From NCBI RefSeq assembly GCF_009914755.1, contig NC_060932.1: 64,000 bases of DNA; one strand, written 5' to 3'. This DNA is from the human T2T-CHM13v2.0 reference genome, Homo sapiens. Shown piece after piece: positions 41,309 to 55,011 of this stretch (the stretch's first letter is position 1; each line of letters opens with the position of its first letter). The notes beneath the pieces were generated by a model, which had not been told where the DNA came from, ran no database searches, and saw nothing but the letters and a program-made list of their open reading frames with translations. The position numbers and the translations under genes were made by a program.

Positions 41309-41465
41309 ACACACACACACACACACAACACACACACACAAATATATATTTACATATGTATCCATATATACATAGGTATTACATATATTATATAGAACAT
41401 ACATGTTATGTAATATATGATGTTATATAGTAGATTATATATAGTAATATATATGTAGATTATAG
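41309..41465. repeat. (CA)n plus TA-rich low-complexity sequence
   Basis: acacacacacacacacacaacacacacacaca...atatat. Confidence 0.85.
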
Positions 41466-42739
41466 TTTCCTGACACCATTGCATTTTTAATTAAAACCTA
41501 AAAACCTAAATCACCAGACAGGGAAGCCTTACCAGCCCATTTATCCCATGTTTTCCTACCACAGTGGGAGTCTGGGACAATAACAGTCGTAGGTAAGAGA
41601 GAATACCAAAACAAAAACAAAAGCAATAAAAAACAAAAACCCTACCTAAAGTGTTCTCCTCTCTACAAATAAATGACTATGGGAATATCCCAAGTAACTG
41701 AAAAGAAAGTTGGTTCCAACTCCATGCACCAGGAAAGAAGCACAGGATTTAACCTGAAAGCTCAGAAACCAAATCTTAATAAATCTGAATAGTTTTTAAA
41801 TCAAGATTTCCAAAAGCCAGTTCGAAAATAGCCGATTTCCTTTCTGGATTTTTATGTATATCTGAACACAGTAAATAATAACGTTTTGAAAATGTCTGGT
41901 CACTTTATTTAGAGCCAGTACCCCCAAAGTATTTTTTACTTGTTTCTCTTTTCACCTACATTTGCTAAGAATTCCACATGTTCTGTTAAAATCATACATT
42001 TCTATTCTCTCTAACCTTTCAAGTGTTTCTAATATCTGGACATCTGGCATGCAGACTCTGAGAGGTGCCTCTGCTGTATGTTCTCACTCTCTCTGTCTCC
42101 ATCTCTGCATCATTGATCCATCCTATCAATCATCTCTCTCTCTCTCTCTTTCTGTCTTCATAAGACTCATGCCTCTCTTCTCATAAAATTTGTTGAACAG
42201 TAATACTTAATGAATATCTGCCTCCCCTGAGCAACTGACCGTAAGCTCCACTGGGAAAAGACTGGATCTGTGGCATTCACCACTGTCCCCTGGGGTCTAG
42301 CAGAGGCGGTGGCACGTGTCAGGGATAAGTATACAGGTTAAATGAGTGAATGGTCCTCCCTAAGAGTATCTGGGTGATCTGTTCCTTGGGATGGTAACTC
42401 TATTACAGTTTCCACCTTATCCTCCAACAGCCACAAAGCACATGGTTCCCTCCATAGCATCTCCCAACACACAAGCTCACATGTTTGCAATGTGCAGGCA
42501 CACATTCCTATCTCAAGAGTCCCATCTCAACTCTTATTCTCCCACTCAAGAAACGCACATGAGTTTGAGTTATGGTTCTGCATGAAGTACTTCAAATTGG
42601 TTCTATTTTTAAAATCATCTGAAAAAGTTTGTACTTTATTTATTAATGGTAATAATGTATTTATGATTCATCTCACAGCTAATAGTGACGCACTCCCTGC
42701 TGAGACACAGAAGTTGAGAGTAGCTGCTCTAGATCTATG

Positions 42740-42890
42740 CTTCCAAACTTTAATCACCTGCTGATTTTGTTAAAATGCAGATTCCAATCCAGTAAACCTG
42801 GATTGGGGCCTGAAATTCAGCATTCTTAATATGCATTCCCATAAGATGTCCTTCCTCTACTTCATGGACCACACTTTGAGTAGGAAGGTA
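42740..42890. mobile_element. MER5A remnant
   Basis: ttgttaaaatgcagattcc...ggggcctgaaattcagcattc...ggaccacactttgagtag. Confidence 0.75.
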
Positions 42891-43440
42891 TAATTACTGC
42901 TCATCAAACCAACTAGTATAAAGCCTAGAAAATGTACAGCCTGACAAAATATTTACATCTACCCTAAAGATACATTTCTATACTTTTTTAACTTCTCTCT
43001 CTACTTCCACTTTACACACTTAATGCTACAATGAACTCTATATGTCTCCTTGCACACATAAACAAGTTTCTTTGGGCTTCTGTCCAGAAGTAGAACCCCT
43101 TCTGCACAAGGGGACCTATATCTCCAACTCAATGTGCTCTACTCAGAAGTTTACCAATTTGCCCACCCAAAGGCAGCATGTGTAATTTTGCTCATAGGAA
43201 CCTAATTTTCCTCCATAGGAACCTAAATATAAAATTCACCAATAGTTGACTTTATCTTTGGGAAGAACAGGGCTGGAATCACAGAAGGGTATCCAGAAGG
43301 CTTAAACTTCTCAATAATTTATTATTTCATTAAAAGGAAATATGACAGAATATGAATATTTGAAAAATACTTGGTAGCTAGATGCAAGTTCATTATAATA
43401 TTATTCTCTGTACTTTTCTATAAATTTCAAATATTCCATA

Positions 43441-43510
43441 TTTTTTTATAATACTTTAAGTTCTAGGGTACATGTGCACAACATGCAGGTTAGTTACATA
43501 TGTATACATA
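43441..43510 (-). mobile_element. Short L1PA 3' tail
   Basis: ttttttataatactttaagttctagggtacatgtgcacaacatgcaggttagttacatatgtataca. Confidence 0.88.
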
Positions 43511-46051
43511 AAAGACTAAGACCATTACAATACTGCAAATGAAGTATTTTTGTTGTTTTGGTTTTTCATTTATCTTATGGAATGAGAAAAAAAGCAGGAA
43601 GAGGTAAAAGAAAATCAGGAAATATTATCAGCAAAAGAAATTCTATTATTATCTTTCAAATTTTACATTTTCATTCAATCTTTTGGGGGAAATTATCTCA
43701 CATACTTTAGATTTTCTTTTTCCTCAGAATTCACAAGTTTTTCACTCTAGAATGAAAGAGAAAACCAAGAGGGTGGATCTTTCATAAAATGCCTTAAACT
43801 GGCTTTTTTTCTAGAAGAAAATTAGATTGAGCCCAAGGGAGAAAGGTGTCTCCTGGCAAACACCAAATTTAGAGCCCATTCTTACTGCTAAGCTCTAATT
43901 ACATTGTCACTATCTTGCCCTCGGTACTTCAGGGAGAACTGATTTAATTCTAGAAGACTCCCTGAAGCTCATAACAACTGACTCATCTTTCTTTATTCCT
44001 CCTGGATGTCTCTCTCTTTTTATGTTCTATGCCTATATTTATAAAACTCTGTTAATTTGCCCATTTTTAAGATACTAGAGTACAAAATTTGTTCTAGAAT
44101 AAATTGTTCCAAACAAAAGAACATCAGGAGGTCACACTATATATTCCTGAACTGTACTAGAAAGATAAACAAATAAAAGGGGACTGAAATGACTCCTACT
44201 CAGAGTTACTTTTCCAGTGTTCACTCTTCATCCAACTCAGGAATACCCTTTCTTCTTGGATATCTGCTACCGTCCAGTATATTAACAGAGTTTACTTAGC
44301 AGAGTTGTAGGTAGGCAACACATGGAGAATTTTTCTGCTACATCTACATTATATCATGTCATCTTTACCACATTTCTATTGCTTTTTAAATTAAACTTCT
44401 GTTATTTAAAATTTTGAATCAAAGTTTCCAAATATTATAAATCTAAAGATACCTTGGTTTAAGTTTGGGGAAATAGCCACAATAAAATTTTATAACTTGA
44501 AATGATCTGAAGAGTAAATGAAGTCATTGGTAAATATAATCAGAACTCATTAAACCATACATATTTTAATGCAAAAATGATTTCGATAATAATGTATGAC
44601 AATGAAATTAAATGTTTACTTTCCATTTAATCTCAAACTTCCAGTAATATTTTGGGATGCCATTTCACATCATTTTGTTTGTGCAATTAGTTATACTTCC
44701 TGGAGAGGAACTAATTTTCTTTGCTTTTCATGGAGTTTTTTATTTACATCCATTTTTTTTTCTATCTACCCATTTATCTGTGTGAAAGATGTGTTGACAT
44801 AATATATTTTATTACAGAAGAAAAATCTTTATGTGGTTTATTATTCTTCAGCAACTATGAAAAGCTGTGTTCTATTGTTATATTGCATTCCTCTCATTTT
44901 CACTCATTGCCTAGGAAACCTCCAAATTATGTTTCTTAATTCTAAAGTATCAGAGCCTCTGTTTCCATGAAATATTCATACGTGCAAACTGAAATATAGC
45001 ATTAATATAGTAGACATGAGAAAATTGATAAATTAGATCTTATTGAGCCATAAGTTTTCCAAAAAAAATAAAAAATCCTGAAACTTGCCACTCCCATTTC
45101 TTTTCAATTTTTTTTTTTTTTTTTTTGGCAGCTATGTAACTCCCTCTCCTGTGTACAGACTTCTGACTCTTTTCCTGATGTGACAGAAACACCTCCCAGC
45201 TCACAGTGTCTGTCACTGTCTTCCACGTAACCTGAAATCACCATCCCTCATTCCCTATTCATTTCTAAATAAAATCCGTGTCTTTTCCTTTCATATTTTT
45301 GGACCCTGAACACAATATCTTAAAAATATGCTGTGCATCAGGCATCCAGAATAAGAAAATATTACTAAGGCTGCAGCTCTCCAAGTATGTTTAGGTTCAC
45401 TTTCTTATGCATGTTTTTCTAGATCATCTGGAAGGGGAAAATGTAGTATGACAATGAGAGTGTGGGTGGTAGACTAAGAAAGACCTGGGTTCAAATTCAG
45501 CCTGCACCTTGTTCTGTGACCTTGAACAAGTTATTTACTCTTCTGAGTCTCATATGCGCATGAATAATCATTAAATGAGATAGCATAGGAAAAACACCCA
45601 GCATGTACTAGATACAGGGCCACATTCTAGTGTTTTGGTGTCTTCATAATGTACTTTATAGGATGTTCGAATAGTGTTTACTGCCTTCTTTCTCATTAAC
45701 ACAACCCTCTTTTCCTCAACGACTATTTTGCTAAAGGACTTCCCTTCACTGTGCAAGCACAATTTCAAATCATCTGACACACATTTCAGCTTAGGTTCTA
45801 AATTAACCTTTGGGCAAGGGTATGTGTCTAAAATAACTAAAGTATAAAATAATTGAGAGACAGGGAAGCAGAGACTCCAATGGAGAAATACATTTCAGAC
45901 ATGAAGCTTTTTTAGAACAATGAAAACATGTATTTCTAATAAATCTCTCATTAGCAGATCCACGCAACTTTCTCCATATCAATTCCTTGTCTCTGAGTAC
46001 CTTGTATAAATATGGGGATGAAAGAAACACCATTTAATTTACTTTTTCTTA

Positions 46052-46583
46052 TTTAATTAATTTGTTTATTTCAATAGCTTTAGGGATACAAGTGGTTTTT
46101 GGTTACATGGGTGAACTGTGTAATGATGAAGTCTGGGCTTTACCTGTACCTATCACTTGAATAGTGCACATTATACTCAATAGGTGACTTTTTAATCCCT
46201 CATCCCCCTCTGCCCTCTCCCCTTCTGAGTCTCCAATGTCCATTATTTCACTCTGTATGCTTTTTGGTACCCATAGCTTAGTTCCCACTTTATAAGTGAG
46301 AACATGTGGTGTTTGGTTCCTAAGTTACTTCACTTAGAATAATAGCCTGCAGCTTTCTCCAAGTTGCTGCAAAAGACATTATTTCACTCTTTTTTTAAGG
46401 CTGACTAGTATTCCATGTGATATATATATATATATATATAACATTTTCTTTATCCACTCATCAATTTGTGGACACTTAGGTTGATTTCATATCTTTGTAA
46501 TTGTGAATTGTGCTGCAATAAGTATATGTGTACAAGTGTCTTTTTAATATAATGACTTCTTTTCCTTTAGATAGATACCCACC
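46052..46583 (-). mobile_element. L1 3' end (L1MA/L1PB-age)
   Basis: gggatacaagtggtttttggttacatgggtgaa...cccacttataagtgagaacat...; probable TSD tttacttt(t)tctta on both sides. Confidence 0.88.
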
Positions 46584-46874
46584 TTTACTTTTCTTAGTCA
46601 CATTTGCTTCAATAGCTTTAGCTGAGGAAGGGCCATTCACAGTTCTCTCAATGTGAAGAATGAGTCAGGCTAAGAAGCATACACCTTTTCTTTCCTCTTG
46701 CCATGCCCTAGAGCTATGAACTCCAGGCCACCATAAAACTAGGCCATTCTTCTTCTAGGAGCTCAAAACACTGAAACAAACTTTTATGATACAATAAGAC
46801 AAGTAGAGTAATACAGTTCATCTAAGTAGCTAGTACATTAGTACTAAGTAGATGAGTAAAAGTGTATCAGGCTG

Positions 46875-47195
46875 TGTAGTCCAATAGGGTAGCCAATGTA
46901 CACACTACCTCCAAAGACTTGGTGAGAAAAAAAGACAAATATCATTAAAAATTAGTTGTTATGAATTATAATATTCTTTTAATTATTAAAATGAATATTA
47001 ATATCAATGTTGACATTAATTATTAAGAATTAAGTGGATACATGTTGAAATATTTTAATATTTGAGTTAAAATATATCATTAAAATTAAATGCACATGAT
47101 TCTTTTTTCCTTTTCACTGTGGCTATTAAAATTTTTAAATTACGTGTATGGCTTACATTTATGACCTTAATTATATTTATACTGGACAATGATGA
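46875..47195. mobile_element. hAT-Charlie remnant (MER33/Charlie1-like)
   Basis: gagttaaaatatatcattaaaattaa...tgtggctattaaaatttttaaattacgtgtatggct...ctggaca. Confidence 0.6.
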
Positions 47196-48664
47196 CCTAA
47201 TGTCTTACAACTACCCTTTTAGAAGCATCCAAAAAAAAAAGATACCTGAGGGCTCTGGTCACCCCCAAAGCCTCAAATGCTCATTTCACCTTTTTATTTT
47301 CATACTCTTGTTCTAGAGAAAGCCTCTTTTACGTCCAACTTGAATAGGCAACAGCTCCCAAGGGAAGCCTGTCTTTCTCTGTCCACCCAATTCATGCCCT
47401 CCACTGATTCCTGAGTTACTTTCTTCAAACAGCAAACTTATGAACATACGCCCTATTTAAGAACACTTTATTTGCCACACAATGTCCAAACCCCCTGTTT
47501 CTAGGCACTAGCTCTAATGTTCAGTGGCCTTCTGTAGCCCCCTAAATCCAGCCAGTTACTTACCCATCATCTCCCAGCAACTCTTTTCTCCTACTTACGT
47601 GCTTTTATTCTCTATTTTCTCTGTACTTCTGTGCTTTTATTTCTCTATTTTGGAAAACCCTCCTGACAAAATATACCTGTGACCACCTTGCCCAGACTAC
47701 AGTATTCACTCCAATTCCAGTGCCTCCTTCATGAGCTCCAGGTCCAAGATTAAATCTCTCTCCCTCTGGGTCCCTATGGGTTTTTGCTGGCACCTCTTTG
47801 ATGACACTTTCTACATGATACCTTGATAGAGCTCATTGTGATATTTTCTGTTACTTCTCAAAATGGAATATACCTTCAGAGTAAGGTTTATTTATGTAGT
47901 CCTCTGGACAAAATCTTACACCTGGCAAATGTTTGAAGTAAGTGGAATGTAATTTGAAGTCTGCAAGGCTATCAAAATAGGGAGAGTCCATTCTGTGACA
48001 CTCACAGTGTTCGGCCCAGAGCTCACAGCAATCTAAAATGATTTGCAGGCAACTGGCATTTCTGTAGCTAACCCACTTGCAAATGATGTGTGGTAACATA
48101 GCAATAGGAAACTCCACACAGCAGTCATTTTTTATCCTGACTTTTCAGTTAAAAGGATTCACAGACTGACAACCAGTGACAGAGAAGTCAGTGCAGAGCT
48201 CCTGATTGGCAGGGTCATCCTACCACCTCTCGACATCTGCTTGCTTACCGGATGGGACTATGTCACACTTTAAAAAAATGACTAATTTGGTACATACAGA
48301 AAGCAAACTAAAGAAAAAAAAATCTTAGAAATTTACCCAGAAGAAACATTCTAGAATAAAGGGTAACATTAAGAAGACATCAAGAGGTCCTAAATCACAA
48401 CTAACTTTATCATAGAGCCTGGATGAATTCTATTTGTGCATTTTGTGTTCTTAATTGGACTATACACTTCAAGAGGCCTGAAACTACATCTTATACATCA
48501 CTTTGCTTAAGTACTTATCTTACTGATGGGTAGATATTAAGGTACATACTATTCTATTGAACAAGGAAATCATATTTTCATCTAGCTAGTGGGCATCTCA
48601 TATTACTCAAGAGACCCCACAATTTGTTTCAGGCTAAGCAGTGGCTTTAAATACATTTTTTTCT

Positions 48665-49063
48665 GAAAATATGATACATATACATCATAGAATACTATGC
48701 AGCCATAAAAGTACAAGATCATGTCCTTTGCAACAACATAATTGGAGCTGGAGGCTGTTATCTAAGCAAACTAATGCAGGAAGAGAAAACCAAATACTAT
48801 GTCTCACTTACAAGTGGGAGCTAAACATTGAGTACACATGAACACAAAGAAAGGAACAACAGACACCAGGGCCTACTGGAGAGTGGAGGGGGAAGAGGAT
48901 GAGGATCAAAAAACTAACTATTGGGTACTATGCGTATCACCTGGGTGACAAAATAATCCATACACCAAATCCCGTGACATACAATTCACCTATATAACTA
49001 ACCTACATGTGTACTCCTGAACCTAAAATAAAAATAAATAAATAAATAAAATTACAAGTGAAA
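48665..49063 (+). mobile_element. L1 3' end (L1PA16/L1PB-age)
   Basis: tactatgcagccataaaa...ctcacttacaagtgggagctaaacattgag...ctgaacctaaaataaaa; TSD-like aaatacatttttt on both sides. Confidence 0.88.
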
Positions 49064-50304
49064 AAATACATTTTTTCTTAATAAAGTGTGCAGAATGAAC
49101 TTCCATAACCTCAGCAATCTCAAAAATAGGCAGAGATATTCTTTCCCTTGTTCATCTGTAAGAGAGGATACAACACCAAAGACAAACTATGGAGGAGTAG
49201 AAAATATACAAGTATTGAAACACAGTAAGTTCTAAAATGAAGGTAAGCTTATCCAGATTATACTGTCTATTTAGCTGATGTGGAGCAGTGGATCTTTTCA
49301 AGAGTCACAATCTCATGGTGGAGGCATTGCCTCATGACCCTGATGGAGACAGTAGATAGGTGGGGAATCTAGTTTTGGTTTCAGGGACATCATTTTTGTC
49401 TGTCATTCCTGATATAAGCCAGTAGGTTTGTATACACATCAATTCGAAGAAAGAAATAAAATAAAATCTCACCAAAGTATATGAGCTCTGCCAAGGAGGA
49501 TATGTTTTGGAGCAGGCTCCTGTCTCAGCAAAAGTTTGAAAATAAACCAGGAATGCTACAGAACTCCTTCTTACGGCCGAAGTGAAAACAAAAAAGTTAG
49601 GAAAGAAGTATCCACCTCAGTTGATAGAGAGATAGACAGAGCAAGGACGTGATAAAATGCTCTCAAGGAGTTATGTATTTTATGGGAACTCACAAAAAAC
49701 TTAACCCTTCTGAATGGGAGGATCAGAGAAAATTTCACAGAAGGACAACAGGCACCTGGCACAGCTAAGCAATCTTAATCCCAGTTGCCAGACACTGTTT
49801 TAAATGTTTTGAATGGAGCCTGGCTCACATTGATCACGGACTAATCCAGGGATTGAGTAAAATCTTCAGATTCTGCAGCTAGGCGAGGACAGGGCAGGCC
49901 AATACTCATGGTGGGATTTTGTTTTGAAAGAGCAAGAAATCTGTCCTCACAAACGTGTGAAAAGAGAAGTAAATGACATTTGTTCTTCAATTTAAGCTTC
50001 CCATAGAAATTGCTTTTTCTCATAAAGTAGTTAACAGCAACAACAAAAAAGGTTGAAGCTCTTACCCATCAACTGGGCAACACTAATATTATCTGTCTAA
50101 CAGGAATAGCTGTTATGAGAAGGGTCTTGAAAAGATTTTTATGCTTTATGGAGCAACAAATATTATTTCCCAAATAAAGACATACACATTGGAAAAGAAG
50201 AAATACAACTGCCTTTATGTGCAAGTGACATGATTGTCTATGTACAAAATCCCAATGAATCTACACATTTTTAGGTAACACATTTTAAATAAAAAGGGCC
50301 TACT

Positions 50305-50649
50305 TGATATGGTTTTGCTGTGTCCCCACCTAAATCTCATCTTGAATTCTCACGTGTTGTGGGAAGTATCGGTGGGAGATAATTGAATCATGGGGGCATG
50401 GTCTTTCCCCTGCTGTTCTTGTGATAGTAAGTCTCATGAGATCTGATGGTTATTATAAGGAGGAGTTTTCCTGAACAAGCTCTTTGCCTGCCAGCATCCA
50501 CATAAGATGTGACTTGCCTCCTTGCCTCTGCCTTGATTGTGAGGACTCTCCAGCCACGTGGAACTGTGAGTCCAATTAAACCTCTTTCTTTTGTAAATTT
50601 CCCAGTCTCAGATATGTCTTTATCAGCAGCATGAAAATGGACTGTTACA
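50305..50649 (+). mobile_element. THE1B-like solo LTR
   Basis: tgatatggttttgctgtgtccccacc...ctttatcagcagcatgaaaatggactgttaca; TSD ctact/ctcct. Confidence 0.9.
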
Positions 50650-51477
50650 CTCCTGAAACTGTGAGTTCAGCAAGGTCACAAAATACAAGATCAATACACA
50701 AATATAAATCATATTTCTATATGTAAGCAACAAACACATGGGGAACAAAATTTAAAACATAATATCATTATCCAGAAAATGAAATAAGTAAAACCTAAAA
50801 GAAAAATCATCTACAAGATCTGAATGCTAAAAATTACAATATACTGATATAGAAAATAAAAAAAATATAAGTAAATGAACATATTGTGTTCATAGATTGG
50901 AAGACTCAACATCATAAAGATGTAAAATCTCTCCAAGTTGATTGGTAGGTTTAATGCAAGTTCCACCAAAATCCCAACACGATCTTTTTACATGTAGACA
51001 AGCTTATTCTAAAGTTTATATAGAAAGGCAAAGAAATTATAATAACTGAAACAATTATGAAAAAGAATAAAATTGGACAAATCATTCTATCAGATATTGA
51101 CTTAGCATACAGCTACAGTAGCCATGATATTGTGGAGAGATAAACATGTAGACCAATGGAATACGGTTGGTATAGAACCCCAAAATATACCCACATAAAT
51201 ATGGCAAATTGAAATTTAAACAAAGATGCAAAGAAATTCATCGACGGAACGATATATTTTTCAGCAGATGGATGTTAAAAGGATGAAAAGATAAGCCACA
51301 GACTGGGAGAAAATACTTGCAAGCAGTATATCTGACAAAAATCTTGTATCTAGAATACATAAAGAACTCTTAAAGCTCAACAGTTAAAAAATTCTCAATT
51401 TGAAAATGGGAAAAAATATAAACATATTTCACAAAAAAGGAGATACGTATAGCAGGTAGGCATGTAAAAAGTGTTTA

Positions 51478-51775
<298 letters not shown>

Positions 51776-51789
51776 TATATATTATTAGC

Positions 51790-52452
<663 letters not shown>

Positions 52453-53116
52453 TTAGCCATTAGGAAAATGCAAAAATTAAAACCACTATGAAATATAACC
52501 ACACACTTACTAGAACAACTAAAATAAAGCATAGAAATAATGCCAAATGCCGGCAAGAATGCAGAGAAATTGGATATTTTATACATTGCTGATGGGAATG
52601 TAAAATGTCACTTTGCAAAATACTTTGGCAGTTTCTCATAAAACTAAATACACATTTACCATATGACATAGTAATTGCAACATTGAGCATTTATTCCAGA
52701 GAAATTAAAACTTATTTACACAAATATATACAATTATCTTAGAAGTTTGATTTGTAATGGGCAAAATCTGGAAACCACCCAAATGTCCTTTAACGAGTGG
52801 CAAGTTAGACAAACTGTGACACAGCCACACAATGAAATACTACTCAGCAATAAAAAGGAATGGACTATTTATTGATAGATGCAAAACTTGGATGAACCTT
52901 AACACAGTATCCTTAGACAAATTCTGCTAGAAATAATATAATTCTGAAGTGGGATTTGTCTTCTCATTAATTTGACAAACATTTCTCAAGCACAGGACAG
53001 GTACTTCCCTAAACCTGGGATACACAGAGATGATGGGAGCGCCAATACACATTTATAGAAAGAATGTCAACTCTGTGACATGCCATGTGCCAAGTGCAGT
53101 GTAGTCATTACTCTCA

Positions 53117-53619
53117 TGTGATGATTACTTATGTATGTCAACTTGACTGGGCCATATGGTCACCAGATATTTGATTAAACGTTATCCTAAATATTTCTGT
53201 GAGAGTGTTTGATGAGATTAGCATATAAATCAAAAGGCTGAGTAAAGAAGATTCCCCTCCCTAATGGGGATGGGCCTTATCCAATCAGTTGAAGGCCTAA
53301 ATAGAAGAAAAATGTTGATCCTACCCCAAGTAAGAGATAGTTATTTTCTAGCCTGGCTGTCCTCAGGCTGGGACATTGGCTTTTATCCTGCCTTAGGACT
53401 AAAACTGAAGCTTTGTTTTTTCCTGGGTCTTAACTTCCAGCCTTTCGACTGGAACTACACCATCAGCTCTCCTGGGTCTCCAGCTTGCTGACTCACCCTG
53501 CAGATCTTGGGACTTGGTGGCCTCTATAATCATGTGAGCCTTTTCTTTATAATAAATTTTTCTGTATGTATATATAAATTCTACTGATTCTGTTTCTCTG
53601 GGGAACTCTGACTAATATA
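53117..53619 (+). mobile_element. MLT2 (ERVL) LTR
   Basis: tgtcaacttgactgggcca...ccaatcagttgaaggcct...ttctgtttctctggggaactctgactaata. Confidence 0.85.
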
Positions 53620-54652
53620 TCCCATTAAATTCTCAAATCCTAAAAGAGCAGTATAATTTTTATTTGCATTTCACAGATGAATCAAAGTTAAGCAACTTGC
53701 CAACTTCACGTAATTTACAGTTGCCAAGCAGGAATTCAAACCAAATCCAACTCCAAAGGCCAGGTTCTTAAATACAAACCCCTGTCTTCCAAAGAGTAAC
53801 TGTGTAGGCAAAGAAACACAATCATGTAAACAAACACTTATGGAAATATGATAGGTGTTACAATCAAGGTGTGAGTAAGCCACTAGAGAAGCAAAGAGGA
53901 TGCGTGGCTGAGAAGATATGCCTTCCTGGCTGCAAACTCACTGTGATGTCAGCAAGAAAGCCAGGTTAGGTGGTATCAAGAAGAGAGAAAAAGCATCGTG
54001 TTACTTGTTTGAAGATGGAAATTTGCATATGACAGAAGAGGGATTTTCAAGGATTCAATGAAACGGTCTTACAAAGATGTCCAGTTGGTTGGGGGGTGGA
54101 ACCACAGGGTGAAAGTGCAGATCTGCCTAGCAATGGGAATATTTAAAAGGACAGATGGGCAAGAATTTATATTTTGGGTGAAGGATGAAATATAAACAAG
54201 CATAGACGTCCTGAGCTGGAAGAAGAGATGGGTAAACAGCACTCCTAGAGTTAGGAAAAAGTGTTAATGAAAGGGAAAGGAGACAATCCAAAGCTATGCA
54301 TATTAAGCAAGATATTCAAGATAATAACTTTAAATGCCTTGTTTCCAGAAAAAAAGAAGAGCCAACCCCAAGCAATTTGGATAAGTCCAGTGAGTGCTGG
54401 AAAAATGAGGTTGATGTTAGCTCTTCAGATCCTAATTTGGCACACTCCAAAATGTGCTCTGGGCAATCCATGGTTAAATTCAGGAGTAAAAATTTATCCT
54501 TTGACTGGGGAATACAGTAATATCAACTAGCACATTTTTTTTAACCCAAGGAACAGGCCTCATGAAAGGAGAGAAAACAAGAAAGGAAGTTGTAAGGGAA
54601 ATTTTTGATCAAGTTGTGCCATGGTCAAATAAAAATGGGCCTTACTTAAGGC

Positions 54653-55011
54653 TGTATTCATTTGCTAGGACTGCTATACAAACTAGTGCAGTCTAATTGG
54701 CTTCAACAACATATTTTTGCACAATTCTGGAAGCTAGAAGTCAGGGTACTGGCATGGCTGGTTTCTCTGAGGCCTCTCTCCTTGGTTTATAAATGTCTGT
54801 CTTCATCCCTGTGTCTTCAATGGTTTTCCCTTTGTGTGTGTCTATGTCTTAATTTTCCCTTATAACATCAGTCATATTGGGTTAGGATCCATCCCAATGA
54901 CCTCATTTAACTTTAATTACCTCTAACCTCTCCAAATATGTCACATTCTGAGGTACTAGGGGTTAGAACTTCAACGTATGAATTTGAGGGGATCCAATTC
55001 AGTCCATTACA
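54653..55011 (-). mobile_element. MLT1A-like LTR
   Basis: ttctggaagctagaagtc...tctctgaggcctctctccttggtt...cacattctgaggtactaggggttagaacttcaac. Confidence 0.85.

Noticed and set aside
43193-43226. 13-bp direct repeat cataggaacctaa
   Set aside because: Small local duplication with an 8-bp spacer; no element between the copies and no functional hint
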